A stretch of DNA of 54,909 bases, the filler included, from Dirinaria sp. TL-2023a (taxonomy: Eukaryota), in the NCBI GenBank assembly GCA_051941275.1. It is 2 parts of 2 records of this genome, joined end to end, with 100 filler letters (N's around TTAATTAATTAA, not from the genome) between each part and the next. Parts side by side here need not be neighbours in the genome. Positions count along the whole stretch, not along the records: positions 27,528 to 54,909 come from JAVEBF010000142.1; 1 more part is not named here. One strand, given 5' to 3'. Below are positions 35,522 to 45,149 of this stretch, one piece after another. How positions within the stretch are numbered: position 1 is the first letter of the stretch; every line of letters begins with the position of its first letter. The notes beneath the pieces were generated by a model. The model made no database searches. It worked only from the letters and a program-made list of their open reading frames with translations, and had not been told where the DNA came from. A program made the translations under genes and the position numbers.

Positions 35522-37918
35522 AGCACATCTGTGCTGGAGTGAAAAACTCTGATGGAACTGGCAAAGTAAGTATGATTGTATATGACTAGTCACCAAAATT
35601 AGCTGTCGATATGAATAATCTTAATGTAATTATGTCATTGTCGTTCAAAACCACTTTTTCCAGAGCGTTTGTGTCTGCGAATGTTCATAATGATTTGAGG
35701 AGACCTTGTTTTGTTTCTTTCTCCCCCTCATTTTTTGTTTTTGTGTCTCACTGCCGCCACACACACTACTCTACTGACACAATACGCTGCCCACCACAAA
35801 CAAGGGTGTGGTTGTATGGTGGTGAAGATGGAACGCACTGAAATGCGAACTTCTGCTTCGTACTTTTACGAGCCACATCGTCAAGCCACGCCAAGTTTTG
35901 CCAAGCCACTGATGTCAAGAACAGAGGCTCAGGGACTCGATGACTCAGCGATTTACAGGCAAATGACAGATATCGGTTTGTCCATTCGCGACAATCGACG
36001 CGCTCATCAGAATGTGGCATCTGAGGATCTAAAGCTGGCTTAGTAATGAAAATCTGTCAGATCTTGATGATTTGGAGGTGAATTGGACCTATGTGTGTGT
36101 ATTGGTGCTCAATTGCCTAAAAACCAAAGGAAGAACTTTTGTGGACAGTAGTAAATACCCGGGGTCTGCTGACGAAGCTACAGTCTAACCGCTTTCGTCA
36201 AACCATCTTGGCATTTTGTTAGTGGTGGTGAGACTTTCTCAGTCTTACACAATCTTTCAACGTTTTAGAGCTCGTGAAACAGCGCCTTGGTATCAAAATC
36301 TAGACGAAGGCCCTTGCTCAATTCATTGTGTTCGAGGCAACAAACAGCAGCTTCTAGATCCCCAAGCCCATGCCTAATAGCAGTGTGATAGCATGATTGA
36401 ATGTTTACTCATCGGTGTACCAAAACCAGTACCATGCAGTAGTACGTCTCCGCAGGGGAAAGAAGCAGTGAATGGACAAGAGCATGAATTAACGGACGGA
36501 CGCTCGTGGTTCCGGGCATTCTGGCTTCCGCGATTCCAGCAGCAGTCTATCAGCTACGCGGACGACGCCCCTGACTGGCTGTGAAGAAATTGATTCAAAA
36601 AGTCAACTGGCAAAATATTGTTCTCTCGGACGGTATCACACCCAGCATACAGCAACCGGACCAAGATCTACATCACGGGCTGGTATAACACTAGTACAGG
36701 TCGCTGCCGAAAAGCCTTATGAGAGTAGGTTCAATCAAGCCCGAGCTGCAACTCTAGCTGCCATGAGATTCGAAGGCGTGACGAGCCTACCGCCCGATTG
36801 ATGACAGCCTTTAGCCTGGGCACGAATTCTCAGACTATTATCAATTGCCGACAGAATACAGATGCTTGGGCAGACAGTCTAGATTTTGAAAACCTTGCGC
36901 TGTCTGAGCACTAGATGCTGGGCTAACGACTCTATTCCAGCGCCTATAATTAGCCGCGCCTATCCCCCGCAACACTAGATGAGCTTGTTTCGATGTTTAA
37001 TTAGGGCCTGAGATTTGCGTCCGAGCCGTCAAATCTCATGTGTGATTGGGAACTAGACGATGCATTGGGTTGGCTCCAAAGCCGCGCTTTAAAATCGGAC
37101 TTTCCGGATTCATCATTTCGAGTTGAAAATTCAGACCGCTCTGGCCACACGTTGATCTTACAGGGTGAGTGAAGCATTCGCTAGCATAAAGGTGTGACCT
37201 AAACGGTCGATGCACAGCAAACACCTGCTTTACAAAGTCAGAAGCCTTGTACAAACACAGTAAGCGTTCGCAGCCGGTGGAAAGGGCAATGTTGGTATTT
37301 CTCGGCGGATCAGCGTTTGGACGAGGTTTATACCAGCGAGATTTTCAAGATCATGCTAACCTTAGTCGACGCTTATGGGGACTTTTTACCCGCTATGTTT
37401 GCCTACTATGCTGAGCGTTCCCAAAGGGCCAGACACATTCTAAGCTTTGTATGAGCAGAGTCAAAAAGAGTCCAACTTGGTCCATGGCTCAGGGTTCAGC
37501 TTTTCGAGGGTCAACGCGACATGGATCTATGAGTTCGTTTGATAATTTGGCAGCTAATGGTGCTGTTCTATTGTCAAGATCAGCCTGCTTAGAGGCAGCA
37601 CCGTGGCTTCAATAGCGCCCTCACCGGACCTGCGACTTGGGTCTGATGTCTACAGGCGAAAGAGGTAGCCGTGTTGCCAAGAAGAAAGTAGGTGACTGGA
37701 TCAATGTGCGAATGGCATGTACCGCTGATAATCCAGGCCGGTCGAGACTCGACGGTCGATGAATTCCCTATCCTGAGGAATTCATTCAAAAGTTGGAAAG
37801 AAAGAGTCGTCTGGATTGAGGCACTTTTGGATTATATAAAGTCTTCATCTCGTACCTCAGCGCCTCGATCTGCTGCTTGTTCCGAAGAGGTGGAAGGCTC
37901 TCTCAGAAATCGCTCAAG

Positions 37919-39303
37919 ATGCTGTTCGCTCTGTCTGTTTTAGCTGCTCTCTCATTCTATCTCTTGCCGATCCAGGCATATGAATATTCGACCACCTCAC
38001 TCTGCACTACCAAACTAGGCGCCAGGTCTACATCTGTCAAAACAACGACATATGCACTAACCGTTCCGGTTACTGTTACAGTGAAGTCTACCAGTACACC
38101 GGTTTCTACAATCACTCCTCCGCCACAGACCACTTCAGTAACGGCCACTCAGACGGTATATTCGAACTGTCTCCTTTGCAGCTACAATTCCCACTAATGC
38201 TAAGAGTATTAGACCACTTCTATCGTCGTTACCACGTCTGTTGACACCCAGACTGATACTACTCTTTCAATAGCTATTGTAAGTTAATTTCCTATGTCTC
38301 TTCTGAACCTTTAGCGCTTTATTCTAGGCTTCGAGCGCTAATGCCTTGTACAAGAGTACTGTCACCGAGACAATCACGACGGACACGGTTGTGGTCACCA
38401 CCTCTACGAGTACTATTGCTACTTCCACCGTACCAACAAGTGCTGGCTTCACGGCCCTGGCCTTGGAGTCCGGTTATGTCCCCAAAAAGCGATCCGTGGA
38501 GGCGGACGCGCCACCCGCCATCCGTGGTAGACAAGTGGAAGGACGTGCCGCTACAACTAGTCCATTGGCCTCTCCACTCGGTAAACCAGGTGTATTCACG
38601 CAGTATCCTCAAGCCGTGACTTGCGGAGCTCTTGTTGTAGCAAAGACGTCGAAAGTGATCGTGTCCACCGCAAAACCCACAACCACAACTCTACCTGCCG
38701 TCACAAATACCATTACTGTACGTTATCCAACCTTGTGCTCTTTTTGAAATCATCTCGTGTCGGAATGAAACCGTCTAACAGCCCATACTGCAGTCTAGTA
38801 CCACTGTAACCGAAACATCCACGTCCGCCGTGTCCGCCAGCACCACAGTAACGACCACCGTGGACATCACTTCAGTCACGACCGTCACTTCGACAAGTAC
38901 CAATACCATTACACAAACTGTTACCGTTGTCCAAGCCCAGTCCACCGCCTACGCGGCCTGCGACTCCAATAACGTGGTCCAGACCGCGAACGGCCACCAG
39001 CCCGTTTACAATGTTTACTACGCCGGTAGTGGCCGAGGGCCAGCCATCACCAATTTCGACATTGCCGATCCTGTTGCCTGCTGCCAGCAGTGTCAGCAGC
39101 TGGCGGGCTGCACGGGTTACGTGCAGTTTACCAGCTACGCAAGTTGCTTTGCTTACACGAGCAACCAATGCGACGGTTCGCAGAGTTTTGGTCAGTCCTT
39201 CCAGACAATCAATGGGCCGCCCCCCTCATCAGGGTACTCGATCGGCAATGGGCCGTGCGGGCAACTTGCCAACCAGGGCAGCGCGGGCAACGCCGCCTTT
39301 TGA
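37919..39303 (+). CDS. Secreted Thr/Ser-rich protein with C-terminal Cys-rich (Apple/PAN-like) domain, 4 exons
   Basis: ATG 37919, signal peptide MLFALSVLAALSFYLLPIQA, TATATAAA at ~37833. Exons 37919-38155, 38213-38278, 38355-38717, 38794-39303 (all phase 0). C-terminus AYAAC...ACCQQCQQLAGC...C...C...IGNGPCG. Confidence 0.82.
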
Positions 39304-39819
39304 AGGAGATTTAGGTATGGAGACAAGACCTATGCTCTACTAAGTTCGCCGGACCATGATGCTTTCCATTAAGGTAAAATCCCCATCACGACCATTACAT
39401 GGGAGACTCCTACGGAAAGGTCCAGACACGAACACGAAATGGTGTTCTTTCCCGTGGGCGAGCTTTGCTTTTTATTTTTTTTATTTTTTTTTTTTCAATT
39501 CGATTTATGTGATTTGTTTCTCCGAAAGTCTGGTTAGGACGAGATGAGGCCAAAGTAGCAGCTTCTTGGCGGATCTGATAGTGTTTTCGGCCGTCGGGCC
39601 GGTCTCGGAAAAACATCGGTGCTTAGAGGCTTGAAGGGGCTTGGCGCTATCGCAAGTGTTGCCTGACACATCAAAGAAAAGGTGCGCTTCGATGCCTCAT
39701 GCAGGACATCAGCGAAACAAGACGGAAAGTCCTTCCATATAGATACTTATCAGCTCTTCGTGTGATACCGGCATAGATCTATCAGCTTGTCAATAGGAAC
39801 ATCATTCATACCCGAAAGT

Positions 39820-40533
39820 ATGGAAATGCCGCTTCCGTTTAGCACAGACGCTACCAATAGCTTTCCATTCCTGAAACTCCCACGCGAAGTCCGTTATGCA
39901 ATCTACCGCCTAGTGTTGACCGCTGCTCCTTTTGTCTCTACGCTCAATTTAGAGAAAGAAACCCCAACTTGGTGGATGCATCATCCTGCATGGGATCCGG
40001 ATGTCTCGAAGACCTATTTAGGCTCAGAAAAGTCAACACGTCTTTTCCGTGTCAATCGTCAAATTGCCGCCGAGGCTATGGATGTATTCTACTCGAGCTT
40101 CATCTTCAACTACAGCCTGCCACTTACATATGACTCGAAACGGACTGCCAGCCTCTTTCGGAGAATCCTGTCAATGAGGGTTCGAAGCCTGATCAAGAAA
40201 TTGGTACTGGAACCAACGATTTTCATGAATCTCAATCCAAAGAAACATAGCACTAATCTGGTTGAGCGTGAAAAACAGTGCATTGTGGAGGTTCTTCATT
40301 GGCTACCGAATGTCACGCATGTTGAGTTGGATTTCTGGCTACATAGGGCTCCTGCGGCGAAGCACGATGCCAGCGCTATCGTGGCTCAGGTGGTGGAGAT
40401 CATGATGCCTCTCAGAAAGGTGCCTACGCTCATCATTCGAAGCTTCTGGCGGACCCCAAAGTCTGACGATCAGGTGACTCGCATACTGACAGGTGTACGG
40501 GAAGCCCTTGGACGTCCCGACCTCGAGTTCTAG
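39820..40533 (+). CDS. Hypothetical protein with N-terminal F-box-like motif
   Basis: First ATG 39820. Contains FPFLKLPREVRYAIYRLVL and LFRVNRQIAAEAMDVFYS. Confidence 0.78.
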   Translation: MEMPLPFSTDATNSFPFLKLPREVRYAIYRLVLTAAPFVSTLNLEKETPTWWMHHPAWDPDVSKTYLGSEKSTRLFRVNRQIAAEAMDVFYSSFIFNYSLPLTYDSKRTASLFRRILSMRVRSLIKKLVLEPTIFMNLNPKKHSTNLVEREKQCIVEVLHWLPNVTHVELDFWLHRAPAAKHDASAIVAQVVEIMMPLRKVPTLIIRSFWRTPKSDDQVTRILTGVREALGRPDLEF

Positions 40534-41802
40534 TCTTATCAAGAGCCGATTACAAACTACCTGGATGCTCATTGGGAGCGCAGAGCATGCCTGATCCCCT
40601 GCAGTACGAATTTTTCCTTGAATGCTACGCATAAGGTCGATAAGCGGCGTCCCCTAGTCGTCTCACTCTCCGACCGAAAGGGCGGCGAATGCTTGAACCC
40701 ACCTCTTGTTTGCCTTTTACCTCGCTCTGCAGACTTCCGGTTGAGTCGAATCTCGTGCGCCTCGTCTTTTCCTCGACCTTCCGCTTCTAATTGATACACA
40801 AATGAAGATATGTGCTTGGAAGTGCAGGGCCTCGTCGGCGCCAAAGGCGTCTATCTAGCAAGCAAAAAGGCTGCCTCAAAAACATGCTGCCTAAAGCGCC
40901 AACAACTCCCTCTACCTCTGCGGCAGATACCTGAAGTGGGTGGGTGGGAAAGCGTTTTCGCAATGCAATATCGTGTGTAATGATGAGCAGATGATGAAGC
41001 AAAAGTGCAAGCCAAAGAAGATGCCGATGGGGCATTATATGCTCCATCAGACACCCCGCCAGGAGGACTGTCATGTATGCTGCCAGAGTGCTGCCTGAAA
41101 GCTGCCTGGATGCCGCTAACCGCATCCGACAGACCGCCTCATACTGCCAACTGCATCTGAAAGTTCTATGCTTCTATGCCCCTAGGTGAGATGACTGCAT
41201 AGAAGCGACCACATACCTATCAAATGTGGACCCGAGATGGCATCAATGACCTCTATATGTTGACATCGTGGCATCGATGGCTTCTGTGAGGTGACATCGC
41301 AGACATCTAAACACTTCCCCCTTGCCCTGCAAGGCCCTTCAAATTGCTTGGTATCGTCATCGTATGTAGTGCACAAAGGCCACACGAAGAATGTTGGTGT
41401 CTAGAGCTTTGAGAAGTAGGAGAGGATTTACGATCTGCTCCCGTGTCTCGATCAACCTGGTCTTGAAGCCATCTTGTACTCTACGAGATCTTCGACCTTG
41501 GGCTCTGCCCACATTCAGGTCTTATTCGAGGTCGAGGCGCTGGCACTCGGCATCTGATCTGACTTGATTCGCAAGCGACCTGCATTTGCGTGATCAGCAC
41601 ATTTGAGAGGATGCCATAAGGCGTCGGGACTGCTGGTACAATGCAGTTGACAGATGGAAAAAGAGCGCAGCCTCATTGTCGGCTATTTAACATGACCAAG
41701 GACTTGAGACACTATTACTCAGCCCATTTGTAGTTCAGTTCTGTATGCACTGCGCTTTTACTTTTACTTTCATTTTTCCACATACGCCTCACTCCCTCGT
41801 TC

Positions 41803-42660
41803 TCAAACCATTTCCCAATCCGAGTCACACTTCTCCTGCTTTTCCCTAGCTTTCTTCTCCATTTTAATTAGCGCCCTTTTCCTAATTGCTTCGTTCGTCA
41901 TCTCGTCTTCAATCATAAGCTCCTCCTGCTCTAAGCGCACACTATCGCTATTCTTATTCGCTCGGTGCCTGGCCCTGCGTGCTGCTACCGCCACTCTTTG
42001 CCTTCTCGTCATACTCTTGTAATCCTTTTTTCGCTCAAGCATTGGAGTGACAGGAGCGTCGCACAGGCAATCCCAGTCCTCCGAATATGCACCCTTACAG
42101 ATTAGACAGCGCGGATGCTGGAAAAGAATCTGTTGATTTTTGGAAAGACGGCTCGACTCATGGCAGTGGTGGAGATGTGCGTCTTTCGCAGAAGCGGACG
42201 GGAAGTGGCGCGCACACGGCGCGCAAAATGTATCTCTGTGATATGTTGCGCAGTGCGAGTGCAGAGTGGAACTACTGCAGAAGGGGATGGAGATGGCGCA
42301 GGAGGGGTAGTGGCAAGGATGAGAGTTGGATTTTTCGTCAATTGCAGAGAAGTGGACACGGCGTGGAGCTCGAACTACATTTTGAGAGTCCTCGCGCCCG
42401 GCTTGCCGCCGAAAATCAGCGTCTGTCGGGGATTGGAGGGATTGCTGATTATATCGAGGAGCTCTCGGAGGAAGAGCGAATCTTTGTGCTGTTTTCGGTC
42501 GCGAAAAGTTAGGTATAGGGATTCTATCGGCCTGGCCCATGGTGACGGGGCTAGACATCCTAGGAGGCGTCATAGATAGACCTGCTATCAGGGTGTCAGG
42601 AAGATGAGAATGGATGACCGATGAGTCAGTGAAGGTACGTTGCTCAAGATCCATATTCAT
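41803..42660 (-). CDS. C2H2-type zinc-finger protein (paralog A); start may be 42660 or 42573
   Basis: RRVHF followed by CHYPSC...H....H and CAPC...HF...H....H, an extra CLIC...CLC, and a charged helical C-terminus. Confidence 0.72.
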   Translation of the reverse strand: MNMDLEQRTFTDSSVIHSHLPDTLIAGLSMTPPRMSSPVTMGQADRIPIPNFSRPKTAQRFALPPRAPRYNQQSLQSPTDADFRRQAGREDSQNVVRAPRRVHFSAIDEKSNSHPCHYPSCAISIPFCSSSTLHSHCATYHRDTFCAPCARHFPSASAKDAHLHHCHESSRLSKNQQILFQHPRCLICKGAYSEDWDCLCDAPVTPMLERKKDYKSMTRRQRVAVAARRARHRANKNSDSVRLEQEELMIEDEMTNEAIRKRALIKMEKKAREKQEKCDSDWEMV

Positions 42661-42975
42661 TCTCCTCAAACCACGTGCTGATTCTCAAAATTATGTGTCA
42701 CGAAACAATCGAATTATATGAGGTCTATATTGTCTAAGAGCTCTTTGATTTTCCGGGGTCTTTGACGATTTATGCAAGGACTTTCATCTCCTTTGCAATC
42801 CCATTGTCCCATATCCCTTGTTCAACCTGAATAACTACAATGTCTTTGTTCGAGTCCAGAAATATCACTTAGGAAGTATATCACTCCTCTGCTGCCTACT
42901 TAATAACCTCCAGCTAATAGCCTCTCCTCGATACACTCTCCCATAGCAGTGCTATCTCCTAGCAGTGGTCAAACC

Positions 42976-43530
42976 ATGCCCGCAGGCCCTCGAGTCCGCT
43001 TCGAGCCCGATTACAAACCGAACCACTTCTGCCGGTACGAATCATGCGCGCGGGAATCTCCAAACCGTGAGCATCTCCTCGCGCACTACCAAAAGCACCA
43101 TCTTCAAACCTACTGTCCCACCTGCCGCAGCCATTTCCATTCCCCGGCCGACAAAGCGGCACACACTTTCGGGAAGCACAAGCGCAGCCGGCTTCGCCTC
43201 CGCTTCTCATCATCGCACCAGCCACCAAAATATCCTCAGCCACCAAAATATCCTCACAACCCATTTTCCAAAGCCAAAGGAACCTCTTCTGATCAGACCG
43301 ATCCGATAGACTGGATCAATCCCTCATGGCGGGTGAAGTGTGCTCGAAGAGCCGCCGAGCGTGCGGTCCAATCCGCAAAGAAAAATGAGCACGATCTCCG
43401 AAAAGAAGTAGGCGAGGATGACGCCGAAGAAGAGGCTCTTACGGAACATCATCGGATGAGGAGATGGGCAAACAAGGCGATCAGAAAGGAAGAAAGGCAG
43501 GAGCAAAAACGCTCCGCAGCCCGCAAGTAG
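42976..43530 (+). CDS. C2H2-type zinc-finger protein (paralog B)
   Basis: ATG 42976 in aaaccATG context. PRVRF followed by CRYESC...H...HH and CPTC...HF...H....H, and a charged C-terminus. An 18-bp tandem duplication lies at 43219-43254. Confidence 0.75.
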   Translation: MPAGPRVRFEPDYKPNHFCRYESCARESPNREHLLAHYQKHHLQTYCPTCRSHFHSPADKAAHTFGKHKRSRLRLRFSSSHQPPKYPQPPKYPHNPFSKAKGTSSDQTDPIDWINPSWRVKCARRAAERAVQSAKKNEHDLRKEVGEDDAEEEALTEHHRMRRWANKAIRKEERQEQKRSAARK

Positions 43531-43979
43531 TGGGTTTTCAGACGAGGTCAGGCTTTCACGAAAAGACCTCCGACTAGCTGTGTTCACGGGAGTAGAGCGG
43601 AGGTGGAGCTCGATGAATGTGGGAACAGGAGGTAAATCTGCAGGATACAAGGCCTGAGTAAGTGGAAAGCGGTCTTATACTACCTAAATAATAAACTGCT
43701 TGCATTTTGGCAGTTGATTTACGGTTGCTTTGGAAATCTATGTTATGTTAATTACCTAGTTTGCGAGGTAGTTCCTTTTCGCTAGATTTCCATAATCTGA
43801 ACGAAGTGGCTTGGCAGGAACGTAAAGCTAGGAATCTGCGCTCAGCTCAGTCATAGCCTTCAACAAGCTAGCTGAATAAGCAAAGATAAATTTACTTCTT
43901 TTCAGAATAATCTGCAATCTACGATTGGGTGAGTAAGCTTATTTCTTTACGTTTGTATCCACTCGGTTCTTCAAAGATC

Positions 43980-44820
43980 CAGTAGTCCCAAAAAAAAGAT
44001 TAAAAAAAGACGAAGAAATCCGCACATATTCCCCATTTTGAAAGAGAGAGAGATCAACAATCTCACCCATAATATCTTAAAGAAATACCATAATAAAGAC
44101 AAAGAAAAATCGAGGAATTCTCAGCTCTTCTTCGTTCCAATCTCAAACTCGCTTTCGTATTTTCTGTCCCCGTTAACGCATTCTCGGCGTCTCTGTCTAA
44201 TTTATGCAAACATATATCACCACATTCAATCCCGTCGAGAAAACCTTTCCAAAGTAAGAAAAAAGCAGAGAAAAAAAAATTCATATATTCAGGCAAAGAA
44301 CCCGACTTTTGAACAAAGAAAATAGAGTTCCATTGTTATATCACTCTCCTCTACTGCCACTACAATAGATATTCATTTCTCACATGGCAATGCATTCGAC
44401 TTCTTTTATTCTTCGGAAGATAGTGTATCCGTTTCCTCCGCTCTGACAGGATATGAATTTCCAGCAATTTGTTCGAAAAGCATGTTCGAGAGAGAAAACT
44501 TATGTCGATAGCGATCTCTTTTTCATCTGCCATGACATGTTTTGTCAAATTCAAATAGACTCAGTTGAGTTCTGCGAGCGATCGCTGTGAACGACTGTTT
44601 TTGAAAATGCTTCGAAATATCGTTAATCAAGCTATTTCTAAAAACCGTGAACGTCTATTTCTAAAAAAAAAATAGAATGACGCGAAGCGAATGCAAATTA
44701 AAAAAATTCGAAATTCGAAATTGTACACTGATAAAAAACAAAATGAAAGAAAATTTTTTTTTGATCAACATTGAAATTTCGAACAGTCATCACTACAGAA
44801 TCATTCATTGTCGTCTTCCG
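43980..44820. repeat. AT-rich, CC/GG-depleted degenerate tract (probable mutated repeat relic)
   Basis: A/T runs and near absence of CC/GG. No credible ORF. Confidence 0.5.
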
Positions 44821-45149
44821 AGCAGATTGGTTACTGAAAATCTGGCATAGCAGAGTCTACTTATGCCTATCTTTGGCTCTAGGCTTTTACGCTCGGGAAG
44901 CGACGACCCAACACTACTAAATGTTGGGCCACACCAAGATTTTGCCCATCCAACGGTTAAGGGCCTTCGCCATGATCTCCCCTGAATAAGATAATATAGC
45001 CAGCACCAGATCCACGCCAAGTTCTGTTCGCGCTTCACGTGCTTCTTAAAAGACCCAGAAGTCGCAACTTCTTCTTTTTAGCAACGGCAGGCGACAAGCT
45101 CTCAGATCCTCCATTTTTCCATCTAGTTCGCCCGTAAATCTTCTCTACT

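Noticed and set aside
40569..41680. Possible spliced minus-strand gene (ORFs 40787..41125, 41182..41385, ATG near 41676)
   Set aside because: Some splice-like signals exist, but I could not build a stop-free model or recognise a domain.
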